Shown here: in pieces, positions 9,338 to 16,626 of the stretch | Layout of the letters: each line of letters starts with the position of its first letter | Position numbering within the stretch: the stretch's first letter is position 1 | Origin: a virus | Taxonomy: Duplodnaviria; Caudoviricetes | IMG/VR virus record: IMGVR_UViG_3300010362_000097 | Coordinates: 1-25,645 of that record | Direction: 5' to 3' (one strand) | DNA length: 25,645 nucleotides | Made by a program: the position numbers and the translations under genes | Notes under the pieces: model-generated | Told to the model about the DNA's origin: nothing | What the model saw: only the letters and a program-made list of their open reading frames with translations | Databases searched by the model: none

Positions 9338-9805
9338 TTAAGCGGGTATTAGTTTGTAGGTTTTGCCATCGACCACGGCGGGTACACCGGGCCAACATTC
9401 GTAGAGGTAGATGAAGTTGCCGTCACCGACGTTAGCACTCACCTTAGGGTTGAGGTATTGAGCCATGACGATTGCGGTTTCGCCAGCTTTGTTGGACGGT
9501 CCTACTTCTCCCCACACACCCCAATGTGATTTGAACGTCCGTAGATTAGTGACCCTGCCCATACAACCTAACACCACAGGACGAACGCCGGTTCGCATTT
9601 TGGGGTGCAAGACGATGTAGAAGTCTACGTCCGCGTTAAGCGACGGAGTGTAGGCTGTTTTGTTTAGATGAGAAGTGTCACCATGAGCTGGACCTGTGCC
9701 ATCAGTGCAGACATCAAGATTGGAGATCATCGTCATGTAACTTTGATCGTCGCTAACCATGATCTCGGTTCCATCATCCACATATAAGAAGTGCTTTAGT
9801 TTCAT
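9338..9805 (-). CDS. GH75 (chitosanase-like) glycoside hydrolase, putative endolysin
   Basis: 155 aa; LDVCTDG...T...LNA...YIVL.P...LG...V.N...GVWGEVGP..KAGE....A..L follows the GH75 motif order; lies two genes after a holin-like gene. Confidence 0.65.
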   Translation of the reverse strand: MKLKHFLYVDDGTEIMVSDDQSYMTMISNLDVCTDGTGPAHGDTSHLNKTAYTPSLNADVDFYIVLHPKMRTGVRPVVLGCMGRVTNLRTFKSHWGVWGEVGPSNKAGETAIVMAQYLNPKVSANVGDGNFIYLYECWPGVPAVVDGKTYKLIPA

Positions 9806-9815
9806 AGAAATTGTA

Positions 9816-9837
9816 GGCAGACTTTAACCGGTCTGCC
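9816..9837 (-). promoter_or_regulatory. Intergenic hairpin 10 nt upstream of the putative lysin start
   Basis: GGCAGAC-N8-GTCTGCC, a perfect 7-bp stem with no long U tract. Confidence 0.5.
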
Positions 9838-9845
9838 ATCGGGGT

Positions 9846-10352
9846 TTAAGCTTTGGGTGTTGGATCGTCGGCACTCAGACCAAGATTCGCTGCTTGTGCA
9901 CCAGCGACACTTAGTCGGACAACGTCACTGATCTCAGTCACACCTTCACCGAGATCAGCGTCTGCTTTGACTAGGAAGTCGGTGTCGCCGGGGTCGTCTG
10001 CACTGATCAGGTCAGCACTCAGTCCATCGTCAGCGGGAACTACTGTCGCGTCACCGGTGATAACTGACCACACAGGGGCGCCATCCACCTTAGCCGGTTT
10101 TCCGGTTGAGGTAACTGGATTCAAGTGAACCTTCACTTGCTGCTCGTTTGTGATACTTACCGATAGCATGTTACTCCTTTTTGGTTTTTTGTTTACTACT
10201 GGCCCGACTGCAAAGTCGAACCGAAATCCGGGACCAATTTGTTTGAGTATTTGTGCATGTTCTTGATGGAGCTGGTCGAACTGTCGCTTCAGCCACGTAA
10301 CTTCGATAATGTCAGGAATACTAGGCGAAGGTTTAGGTTTACTCATATTCAC
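9846..10352 (-). CDS. Ig-like beta-sandwich protein; strong internal start at 10169
   Basis: 168-aa ORF coupled to the holin stop. The acidic beta-rich C-terminal 107 aa (KADADLGEGV) begins at ATG 10169 after AAAAGGAG. Confidence 0.6.
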   Translation of the reverse strand: MNMSKPKPSPSIPDIIEVTWLKRQFDQLHQEHAQILKQIGPGFRFDFAVGPVVNKKPKRSNMLSVSITNEQQVKVHLNPVTSTGKPAKVDGAPVWSVITGDATVVPADDGLSADLISADDPGDTDFLVKADADLGEGVTEISDVVRLSVAGAQAANLGLSADDPTPKA

Positions 10353-10594
10353 TTACTTCCGTTCGCTTGTTCCAGTCTACCTGTAGCGCGTCCACCAATA
10401 AAGCCGACTAACGCTCCAACAACGGTTGTGACGATGTTACCAATCACTTCAGCACCACGACTAACATCGGTTTGTGGATGTACGATCCGAAGTATTAACA
10501 CTCCAATAACGGACGTCACAAGAGTAATTCCGACCATAGCAGTCAGTAGGATGACTACTACGTCTACCGCCGGTCTTCGTTTCGGTGACGTCAT
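10349..10594 (-). CDS. Holin-like membrane protein (2 TM)
   Basis: 81 aa; basic N-terminus and two hydrophobic helices (VVVILLTAMVGITLV..., IVTTVVGALVGFIGG); coupled to the terL stop. Confidence 0.55.
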   Translation of the reverse strand: MTSPKRRPAVDVVVILLTAMVGITLVTSVIGVLILRIVHPQTDVSRGAEVIGNIVTTVVGALVGFIGGRATGRLEQANGSK

Positions 10595-12138
10595 TAATCA
10601 AGTGAAATATCTTCTAGGTCAAGTGAAACTCCTTCTGAATAGTCTACTTCTGGTTGAACAAAATCTGCACCTTCGTTTGGGTTAAACCACTTAGGCTCCT
10701 CCAACAACAACCGACCAAGGTTCTCCATCGCGTGGTCACGTTCGTCACGAGGTTTGTTTTCTCGTTTCTCTCGCGTGTCCCAACACCAGTGAGTAAATTC
10801 GTATAACGTCTCGTTTATGTAGGGACTACAGTTAAGTAGTGGTCGCTCGCTGTTGATCCTAACTTTTAGCACACGTTGCGTTTCCAGTATAGCGTGCTCA
10901 CGAGCCTTAGACGCTTTAGAGAGGAAAATACCATTCTCCATAAATTCGTCAGCCATTGTGATGTGCTTACCTGATTTGACGTTTAGCACTGGGAAGGTAT
11001 TGAACACTGTCGGGTCTGCGATCTGTCTGACGACAAAGCGGGAGAGGAGTTTTCCATCGAGTTTGGTGACCAAACGGGCGTTAATTTTCTGAGACAATTC
11101 TTCGATAGTGCAGTGCACGTAAAGTTCATCGTACAGAAAGTACTCTCCTGTTGGTGCAACAGCGAGAAATAAGACGTGGTGCGGAGTTTGTGGATGTGGG
11201 TCAATGGCAAAGAAAATGGTATATCCAAGTGGAGGATCGTTATAATTTGTCCAACCGTTCGGAATCGTGGCCAATACGTGCGTATCCCAATCGAACTCTT
11301 TGAACACCAAACCTGACAACTCCAAGGGGATGCCGAATAAGCGACACTGCTTTTCGTCTTCCGAAAGTGTAGCTTCATAGTCAGCAATCGCTTCAGACGT
11401 GAGATATGGGTTGTCATACGTAGTGGTCCGTTGTGCCCATCGGTTGCCGTCCTCAACCAGATCAGCCTTGTTATTACGATCCGGAAAGAACATATCGTGA
11501 ATCCAAGGTTCGGTCATAATGGTGGCAGTAAACCATGTTTTGCCGTTACGATCGATCAGTCCGCGTGCTTGGGCTTTATACTGTCCTTGCGGACAAGGTT
11601 CGTCAATGTGGATAAAGTCCCAGTCTGACGATTCTGATCCCTGTGGGTTGGTTTGCCAACTCTTAACCGTGTCAAATCGAAGCGTGGAACCGTTGGTGCA
11701 CTCGATAAGCTCAATCGCACCAGAATGGTTCCTTCTCGTGGAGCGAACGAAGCCGCGCGGTAACATCTGCCAGAGTTTACCTTCAGTCCCACGCTGCGAA
11801 GTGAATATCTCGTCCACTTTGTCCCAATCGGTGGTGATGACCAATCCTTTAACTGGGTGACTAGGGATACCAACTTTTCTGGCGGGATCGGTCTCTTTAT
11901 AGAATGTTCGTTCACCCATAAGCCAACTGGAGTCCTCTGCGACTCCACCAGTCGATTTGCCTGACCTGTTACCGCTTTCCCACAACCTGTGTTTGAACGC
12001 TCCTGCTCGGTGGAAACGATCTTGTTTCAGATGTGGCACATAGAAAACAAGACCATAATCTCTGCGGAGTCGTGCACGCTTTGCGAGCAGTGCACGTTTC
12101 CGTTCTAGCAACAACTTACGTTCGAACAATTCAATCAC
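10594..12138 (-). CDS. terL: Terminase large subunit
   Basis: 514 aa; Q motif (PHLKQ), Walker A SGNRSGKST, Walker B FIHIDEP, motif III FTAT, nuclease AIDPH and DHAMENLG. Confidence 0.93.
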   Translation of the reverse strand: MIELFERKLLLERKRALLAKRARLRRDYGLVFYVPHLKQDRFHRAGAFKHRLWESGNRSGKSTGGVAEDSSWLMGERTFYKETDPARKVGIPSHPVKGLVITTDWDKVDEIFTSQRGTEGKLWQMLPRGFVRSTRRNHSGAIELIECTNGSTLRFDTVKSWQTNPQGSESSDWDFIHIDEPCPQGQYKAQARGLIDRNGKTWFTATIMTEPWIHDMFFPDRNNKADLVEDGNRWAQRTTTYDNPYLTSEAIADYEATLSEDEKQCRLFGIPLELSGLVFKEFDWDTHVLATIPNGWTNYNDPPLGYTIFFAIDPHPQTPHHVLFLAVAPTGEYFLYDELYVHCTIEELSQKINARLVTKLDGKLLSRFVVRQIADPTVFNTFPVLNVKSGKHITMADEFMENGIFLSKASKAREHAILETQRVLKVRINSERPLLNCSPYINETLYEFTHWCWDTREKRENKPRDERDHAMENLGRLLLEEPKWFNPNEGADFVQPEVDYSEGVSLDLEDISLD

Positions 12139-12368
12139 GAGGTAGGTGTGGGCGGCTTTGGTGGTTGGCTGGTGGGTTGTGTGACTTGTGGAGGTTCCTT
12201 AGAGTACAACAACTCCGCAAGGTCTTTAATCTCCTTGACTAAGTCCTCACGGTTGCCTGCCACCTTCCGCGGATTCGACTGACCACTTCCATCAACGTTT
12301 ATACACTGAATAAAGAAGCCGTTGTCAACAGGAACGATTTGTATTTGTGCTATTTCTTTGTTTGCCAT
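12135..12368 (-). CDS. Hypothetical protein
   Basis: 77 aa; SD GAAAGGT; GTGA overlap with the terL start. Confidence 0.7.
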   Translation of the reverse strand: MANKEIAQIQIVPVDNGFFIQCINVDGSGQSNPRKVAGNREDLVKEIKDLAELLYSKEPPQVTQPTSQPPKPPTPTS

Positions 12369-12394
12369 AATTTACCTTTCTCTGCAAAAATCCA

Positions 12395-12568
12395 TTATTG
12401 GTTACTTTTCCCCGCCTTCTTCAACGCAATAGCCACTGCTTGTTTCTGTAGAGCTTCTCCACTTTTTGGTGGTCCGGTGCTAATGTGTCCCTTCTCACGG
12501 CCTGAGTGAATCAGCTCTTTGATGTTGAAACTGACGGTCTTACTAGACGATCCTGCTTTAAGTGGCAT
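12395..12568 (-). CDS. Small basic phage protein (MPLKAGSS...QKQAVAIALKKAGK)
   Basis: 57-aa ORF read by hand (below the track cut-off); matches the recurrent phage peptide pattern MPLKxG.S...NI.E...KQAVAIAL. Confidence 0.75.
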   Translation of the reverse strand: MPLKAGSSSKTVSFNIKELIHSGREKGHISTGPPKSGEALQKQAVAIALKKAGKSNQ

Positions 12569-12740
12569 AGTCAGGTGGAGGTTGTTTGATGCTTGTTGGG
12601 GGACCTAGTGGGGCAGGAACTGTCATTTTCTTCTGCATTTGTGCACTTTGTTGCGCGGTGGACGGATAGCTGAAAGGGTTCGGCGGCTGTCTACCCACCG
12701 GCACAACAAGTTCATTGATATTGAATGTAGGATTAGCCAA
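12558..12740 (-). CDS. Pro-rich hypothetical protein
   Basis: 60 aa; TTG start; overlaps both neighbours and fills the operon gap. Confidence 0.5.
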   Translation of the reverse strand: MANPTFNINELVVPVGRQPPNPFSYPSTAQQSAQMQKKMTVPAPLGPPTSIKQPPPDYAT

Positions 12741-12942
12741 GAGGCATAAATTGACTAACCGCCCAAATCACAACCAACAGCAAGATGATAATTGCTAGGA
12801 CCAGTTTTACTGGTGGTGGAATTGGGTGAATCCAAGTTTCAATACAATACAACAGTCCCCATATAATCGCAAGGACTATAATAAGGACTAGGAATCCAAT
12901 CAACAAGTGCACCACTTGTGGTGCCGCAAACGCTGCAATCAT
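12733..12942 (-). CDS. Small 2-TM membrane protein
   Basis: 69 aa; two very hydrophobic helices split by HPIPPP. Confidence 0.7.
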   Translation of the reverse strand: MIAAFAAPQVVHLLIGFLVLIIVLAIIWGLLYCIETWIHPIPPPVKLVLAIIILLLVVIWAVSQFMPLG

Positions 12943-13136
12943 TTAGGTTCTCCTTCGGGTTCCACTGGAGGTTCCGGCGGACTTTCCACGGATCTCCCCT
13001 CTTGTTCGAATATGTCCGCCATACGGAGTGCCAGCGTTCTGCGTCCTTGGTCTGATTCGGACTGTGCTAAATCCCTTACCTTAACTGCCACACGAGTCCA
13101 AGATTCATGTGGATCGCCTTGTCCTTGGTTTGCCAT
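12939..13136 (-). CDS. Hypothetical protein
   Basis: 65 aa; SD AAGGA; tight coupling with neighbours. Confidence 0.65.
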   Translation of the reverse strand: MANQGQGDPHESWTRVAVKVRDLAQSESDQGRRTLALRMADIFEQEGRSVESPPEPPVEPEGEPK

Positions 13137-13137
13137 G

Positions 13138-13302
13138 TTATCCTTTCACCCGACGTAGCCGGGGGTTCGCCTTCTTCGCTGCCGGACTTGCTTCGCGACT
13201 AGTCTTAGCCAACGCACCCGCTGGTACTCCCGCCTTGACTAGTGCTTTAAAACCGGGATGTGGATTTTTCTTAACCAACTGACTAGGGCTAAAGTTGGCC
13301 AT
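13138..13302 (-). CDS. Small basic protein (HPGFKA...ASPAAKKANPRLRRVKG)
   Basis: 54-aa ORF read by hand; TGATG coupling; C-terminal pattern recurs in phage late regions. Confidence 0.7.
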   Translation of the reverse strand: MANFSPSQLVKKNPHPGFKALVKAGVPAGALAKTSREASPAAKKANPRLRRVKG

Positions 13303-13535
13303 CAGTATCCACCACCTTTCTTTTTCTTTCCACCACCCTTAGATCGTTTAGGTCTAGCAGTAGGCAGCGGTGGGGGTGCTGCAGGTGGAGGTAAAGCTCC
13401 TGCACCCATAGGAGCACCCATTGGAGGACCACCAACGGGAGTGGTTCCCATGTCCGGCGGTGCTGAAGGAGATATGGCGCCTCCACCCTGCAGTTGACTA
13501 ATTAGATCACTAATGTTAAACTTCGACGTTGGCAT
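13302..13535 (-). CDS. Pro/Gly-rich protein with Lys-rich tail
   Basis: 77 aa; SD AAGGA; tail RPKRSKGGGKKKKGGGY. Confidence 0.65.
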   Translation of the reverse strand: MPTSKFNISDLISQLQGGGAISPSAPPDMGTTPVGGPPMGAPMGAGALPPPAAPPPLPTARPKRSKGGGKKKKGGGY

Positions 13536-14196
13536 TTTGTTCCTTTAACTTTTGTTCGATTTCTTGCAACTCCTTATCGACTTGTTGTATTTCTGGCGAA
13601 GATGGTGTTCGATTATTGTCGTTAGTGACATGGACGGTCGCCTTACCTAACCACCGATCGAGCAAACTGTCCGCACACGCTCGTCTTACCGCCCGTGGCG
13701 CTTCCTCATCGTCTCTAATTTCAAGGAGAGTGAAAACAGAATCGAGTGCAGACGACTCAAGAAGTTTCGCAACTTTGTTAAGACCAGCTTCTCTAAGTTC
13801 TGTGACGAGTCGGAGTCTAAACCACGGTTGTCGACAGATTTGCGAAACCCATGAATAACTATAACCTGTCTTTTCACTGACCTCTCTGTTCGAGAGTCCC
13901 CTCGACTTGAGATAGACGATGAGTCGGTGTTCAGGCTTTTCATGTATGATTGCGAAGTTGGGTGGCTTTTCTTCAGACGCAAAAAGCCGCAGAGGGTCTG
14001 TCTCTGCGGCTTCCATCACTGGATGATCCTTGAGGTCGTTATTGGCTAGAAGTTGCCCAGACCCACAATTACTCGACTCTCGTCGTCCCTCGACCCGCTT
14101 CTCGACATTTCCACTAAGTGATCTGCGGTCGATGTTTTTAGTTGGTTCAACTATCTCGTACGAGATTGGAGAGCGATGAACCGTCTCGGGAGTCAT
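13516..14196 (-). CDS. Putative terminase small subunit (HTH)
   Basis: HTH GLSNREVSEKTGYSYSWVSQI, then the TerS-like VRRACADSLLDRWLGK and a C-terminal coiled coil; first gene of the late operon. Start uncertain: ATG 14196 after GAGGA is preferred over 14247. Confidence 0.62.
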   Translation of the reverse strand: MTPETVHRSPISYEIVEPTKNIDRRSLSGNVEKRVEGRRESSNCGSGQLLANNDLKDHPVMEAAETDPLRLFASEEKPPNFAIIHEKPEHRLIVYLKSRGLSNREVSEKTGYSYSWVSQICRQPWFRLRLVTELREAGLNKVAKLLESSALDSVFTLLEIRDDEEAPRAVRRACADSLLDRWLGKATVHVTNDNNRTPSSPEIQQVDKELQEIEQKLKEQNANVEV

Positions 14197-14315
14197 AACT
14201 TCCTCTGCCACTTCACCGCCCTCCGTTGCTTCCACCCAGCCCACCAACTGGCCGGATGATGATTCGTTTTCTCCGAACGTAAATCCTCATAGCTACTTCA
14301 CATATTGTGCCTCTC

Positions 14316-14487
14316 CATCTTAGATATCCCATCTCAAGATTTAGCTTGACCTCATCTAATCATCACCCTAAGCTGTCTGGATGGGACAAGCAATAGCCAT
14401 CTTAAGATGTTTGAGCATGTGTGTTTGAATAATTCAAATAGACCTACAAATTGGACTCTTGCATCCTAAGATGGCCCATCTGAGATG
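14316..14487. repeat. Cluster of short CATC(T)-N-(A)GAT(G) palindromes
   Basis: catcttagat 14316, catctcaagat 14330, catcttaagatg 14398, catcctaagatg 14462, catctgagatg 14477. Confidence 0.75.
14424..14438. promoter_or_regulatory. 15-bp palindrome TTTGAATAATTCAAA, copy 2
   Basis: Exact copy in the non-coding region upstream of terS. Confidence 0.8.
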
Positions 14488-14544
14488 CTTATGCAAAACA
14501 TGTTTCCAATTATACAAGATGCAAACGAAATTAGATCAGCTAAC

Positions 14545-14662
14545 TGCCGCCGAGCGGTCCTTCGCACTTGGGCCAAACGCCGTAAAGAGGGCAAGACGAG
14601 TGCCCACCCCAATCAACGTGCTCACGGGCACGTTCGTTGTTGGCCTTCTGGGAAAGGCGGCA
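14545..14662. other. Nested GC-rich secondary structure (candidate ncRNA or leader)
   Basis: TGCCGCC/GGCGGCA encloses GGCCAA/TTGGCC, which encloses hairpins GGGCA/TGCCC and AACGTGC/GCACGTT. Confidence 0.4.
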
Positions 14663-14869
14663 TCGACTCGTCCAGGACTTCTAGCTCCCCGTAGGGGTAA
14701 ACACCTTACCATCTTTGCCCGCAGTGGTCTGGTCGGGTTACAAATTTTTTGTACTGGTAAAGGGGATGTAATTATAACCGCCACGGCTCAATGGCAAAGG
14801 TAACCCCTAGCGACAATAGGCTAATCAGGGGATCGTTGGGCTATTAGGTCTAGGCTGCACAATAATTTG

Positions 14870-14891
14870 AGCGGATTGCCGCGAATAGAAT
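14870..14891 (+). promoter_or_regulatory. Repeated promoter-like motif, copy 1 (AGCGGATTGCCGCGAATAGAAT)
   Basis: Related copies at 15656 and 16439; ends in a -10-like hexamer just before ATG 14895. Confidence 0.6.
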
Positions 14892-14894
14892 TGT

Positions 14895-15308
14895 ATGGAT
14901 GCTATAAAGCTGAATACGCGATTGGGCAATTCCACGCTCAAATTGAGCGGGGTTTTGCGGAACGATAAGATCAAAGAGATTGCAGAGTTCGCTTTGCAGT
15001 ATCTGACTTGGCATGTTTGGCCTGCGTCGGCATATTCCAAAGATTCCGGTTTCAAACGGGACGACGAATATTCGGATGCGCTGTCGGATCATCTCAAGTC
15101 TGAAGGGCAAACGCTCCTTGGCAAGTTCTTCACCGATGTGAAGATCGAAACTGCCAAGTGGGACAAGCCGTCGCCTATCGCCAAGCTGATCAAGGACTTT
15201 TTGGGCCTTGGTTTCAGCGAAGACGAAGCAAAGGTGATGGCGGCTGATACCCTCAAGAAACTGCAAGCGAAAAACAACGGCGCGACTGAGGAGGCGGTCG
15301 ACGCCTAA
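14895..15308 (+). CDS. Hypothetical early protein, monocistronic
   Basis: 137 aa with natural protein composition; bounded by the repeated motif and a strong terminator. Confidence 0.8.
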   Translation: MDAIKLNTRLGNSTLKLSGVLRNDKIKEIAEFALQYLTWHVWPASAYSKDSGFKRDDEYSDALSDHLKSEGQTLLGKFFTDVKIETAKWDKPSPIAKLIKDFLGLGFSEDEAKVMAADTLKKLQAKNNGATEEAVDA

Positions 15309-15315
15309 CACTATT

Positions 15316-15350
15316 GGGGAGTGGGCTACGGCTCACTCCCCTTTCTTTTT
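15316..15350 (+). terminator. Rho-independent terminator
   Basis: GGGGAGTGGGC-TACG-GCTCACTCCCC stem (cUACGg tetraloop) followed by TTTCTTTTT. Confidence 0.9.
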
Positions 15351-15451
15351 GTATGAGACTGGTCTATTATGTGCTCGTATGCTTGACTCGTGGCCAACCC
15401 GTCTGTGGCCGTGAAGCTGGTAATTCATGTGGACACGCAGCGAGTAAGTAA

Positions 15452-15600
15452 GATGCGTAACCACTTATAGGGGGATGCCATTTTGCCACAGAAGTGTAAT
15501 TTTGAATTTTTTTTTATAAGTTTAAGAGAGATCATGATGTGGTATTTTATAGACCAATAGTAGATAGGCCCAATCAGCCCCCCTTAAGTGGATACTCACC
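15452..15600. repeat. 26-bp imperfect inverted repeat flanking an AT-rich core (candidate origin)
   Basis: 15452-15477 vs reverse complement of 15575-15600 match 20/26 by hand; the core contains a long T run. Confidence 0.55.
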
Positions 15601-15655
15601 TTTTCTACCCAAAGTCCCCCAATCGCATTAACAATGCGTAACTTTTATTTGCTGA

Positions 15656-15671
15656 GATCGCCGCGAATAGA
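15656..15671 (+). promoter_or_regulatory. Repeated promoter-like motif, copy 2 (GATCGCCGCGAATAGA)
   Basis: Intergenic, ~60 nt before ATG 15729. Confidence 0.55.
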
Positions 15672-15728
15672 TCAGAGCCACATCAGTGGCTTCCAACACC
15701 AACAACAAACAATTATAGATACAAACCT

Positions 15729-15899
15729 ATGACCTTACGCGACATACGTGACTTCCTCTGGCAGCACGACGTTCCAGACACAGCAGAGATTATCATGCAG
15801 GCACCAGCAGACACAGAGAGCGTCGAACCACGCTACGTGGTTGATGGTGGTATTGAGTATGACAAAGAGAAAAACGAACTCATCATCGTTCTAGAATGA
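15729..15899 (+). CDS. Small acidic hypothetical protein (56 aa, MTLRDIRDFLWQHDVPD...)
   Basis: Read by hand; A/C-rich leader; ATGA coupling to the next ORF. Confidence 0.7.
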   Translation: MTLRDIRDFLWQHDVPDTAEIIMQAPADTESVEPRYVVDGGIEYDKEKNELIIVLE

Positions 15900-16003
15900 C
15901 AATCATCATCGTGTTTGTTGTGATCAATGTTTGTTGGGACACAGACTACTACATCATTATGCCTCTGATGTTAGATAATGGAGTTATACATGGAGCCAAC
16001 TAA
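15896..16003 (+). CDS. Possible 35-aa hydrophobic peptide
   Basis: MTIIIVFVVINVCWD...; fills the gap between coupled ORFs. Confidence 0.35.
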   Translation: MTIIIVFVVINVCWDTDYYIIMPLMLDNGVIHGAN

Positions 16004-16199
16004 ACCATCACCTTTCCAACCCCTGCATCCAACACTAAAGAAGTGCAAGTGTGGTTTCATCGGAACACGCACACAGCTCTACCGTCACTTCGACGCCGAG
16101 CGGTTCACTGCCGCTGGCATCCCCATCAACGGCTTCTTTGCACGTCACGGTGAAGTTCCACTCCACAACGTAGATTTGAATAATTCAAACACACCATAA
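15978..16199 (+). CDS. Small putative Zn-binding protein
   Basis: CKCGF...LYRH...RHG pattern; start may be ATG 15990. Confidence 0.6.
   Translation: MELYMEPTKPSPFQPLHPTLKKCKCGFIGTRTQLYRHFDAERFTAAGIPINGFFARHGEVPLHNVDLNNSNTP
16175..16189. promoter_or_regulatory. 15-bp palindrome TTTGAATAATTCAAA, copy 3
   Basis: Exact copy, 9 nt before ATG 16199. Confidence 0.8.
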
Positions 16200-16405
16200 T
16201 GACACCCGAACAACAACAACAACTCGCTAAAGCGGTTAGACGAGCCACACTGCTTACCCACGATGAGTGGCGAACCGTTCACAATGCTCTTAGCCTGTAT
16301 CAGATTGAGATGAAACTAGGAACAAGGCGGAGTGCAGAGGTTCAAGTGTTGATGGACAAGATCAGGGATGAGTTTATAGCACTAGAGAGTGATGTAGAGT
16401 GCTAG
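16199..16405 (+). CDS. Hypothetical protein
   Basis: 68 aa, helical; TAATG coupling. Confidence 0.7.
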   Translation: MTPEQQQQLAKAVRRATLLTHDEWRTVHNALSLYQIEMKLGTRRSAEVQVLMDKIRDEFIALESDVEC

Positions 16406-16438
16406 TATAGTAGTAGTTATAACAGTAACTCGCCCTTC

Positions 16439-16460
16439 AGCGGATCGCCGCGAATATAAT
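16439..16460 (+). promoter_or_regulatory. Repeated promoter-like motif, copy 3, ending in TATAAT
   Basis: AGCGGATCGCCGCGAATATAAT, intergenic. Confidence 0.65.
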
Positions 16461-16476
16461 GATGGCACAAATAGCT

Positions 16477-16626
16477 ATGAATAAGACGTTGGCAGAATAC
16501 ATCGCCATGTTCAACGGGCGAAAGGTCAAATTTCGGGAACGAAAGTTCCACAAACATTTGCGTAAGGAACTACGCAAAGCGGTCAAACGCAACCGCGACA
16601 ATAACAAACAGCCAGCCATAGACTGA
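16477..16626 (+). CDS. Small highly basic protein (MNKTLAEYIAMFNGRKVKFRERKFHKHLRKELRKAVKR...)
   Basis: 49-aa ORF read by hand, directly after motif copy 3; alternative start 16462. Confidence 0.5.
   Translation: MNKTLAEYIAMFNGRKVKFRERKFHKHLRKELRKAVKRNRDNNKQPAID

Noticed and set aside
14316-14487. Possible CRISPR-like mini-array
   Set aside because: Repeats are only 10-12 bp, degenerate and irregularly spaced.
14459-14803. ORFs 14459..14803 (+), 14485..14694 (+) and 14536..14784 (-)
   Set aside because: Arg/Pro-rich atypical composition, no RBS or coupling, and they cross a repeat- and structure-rich control region.
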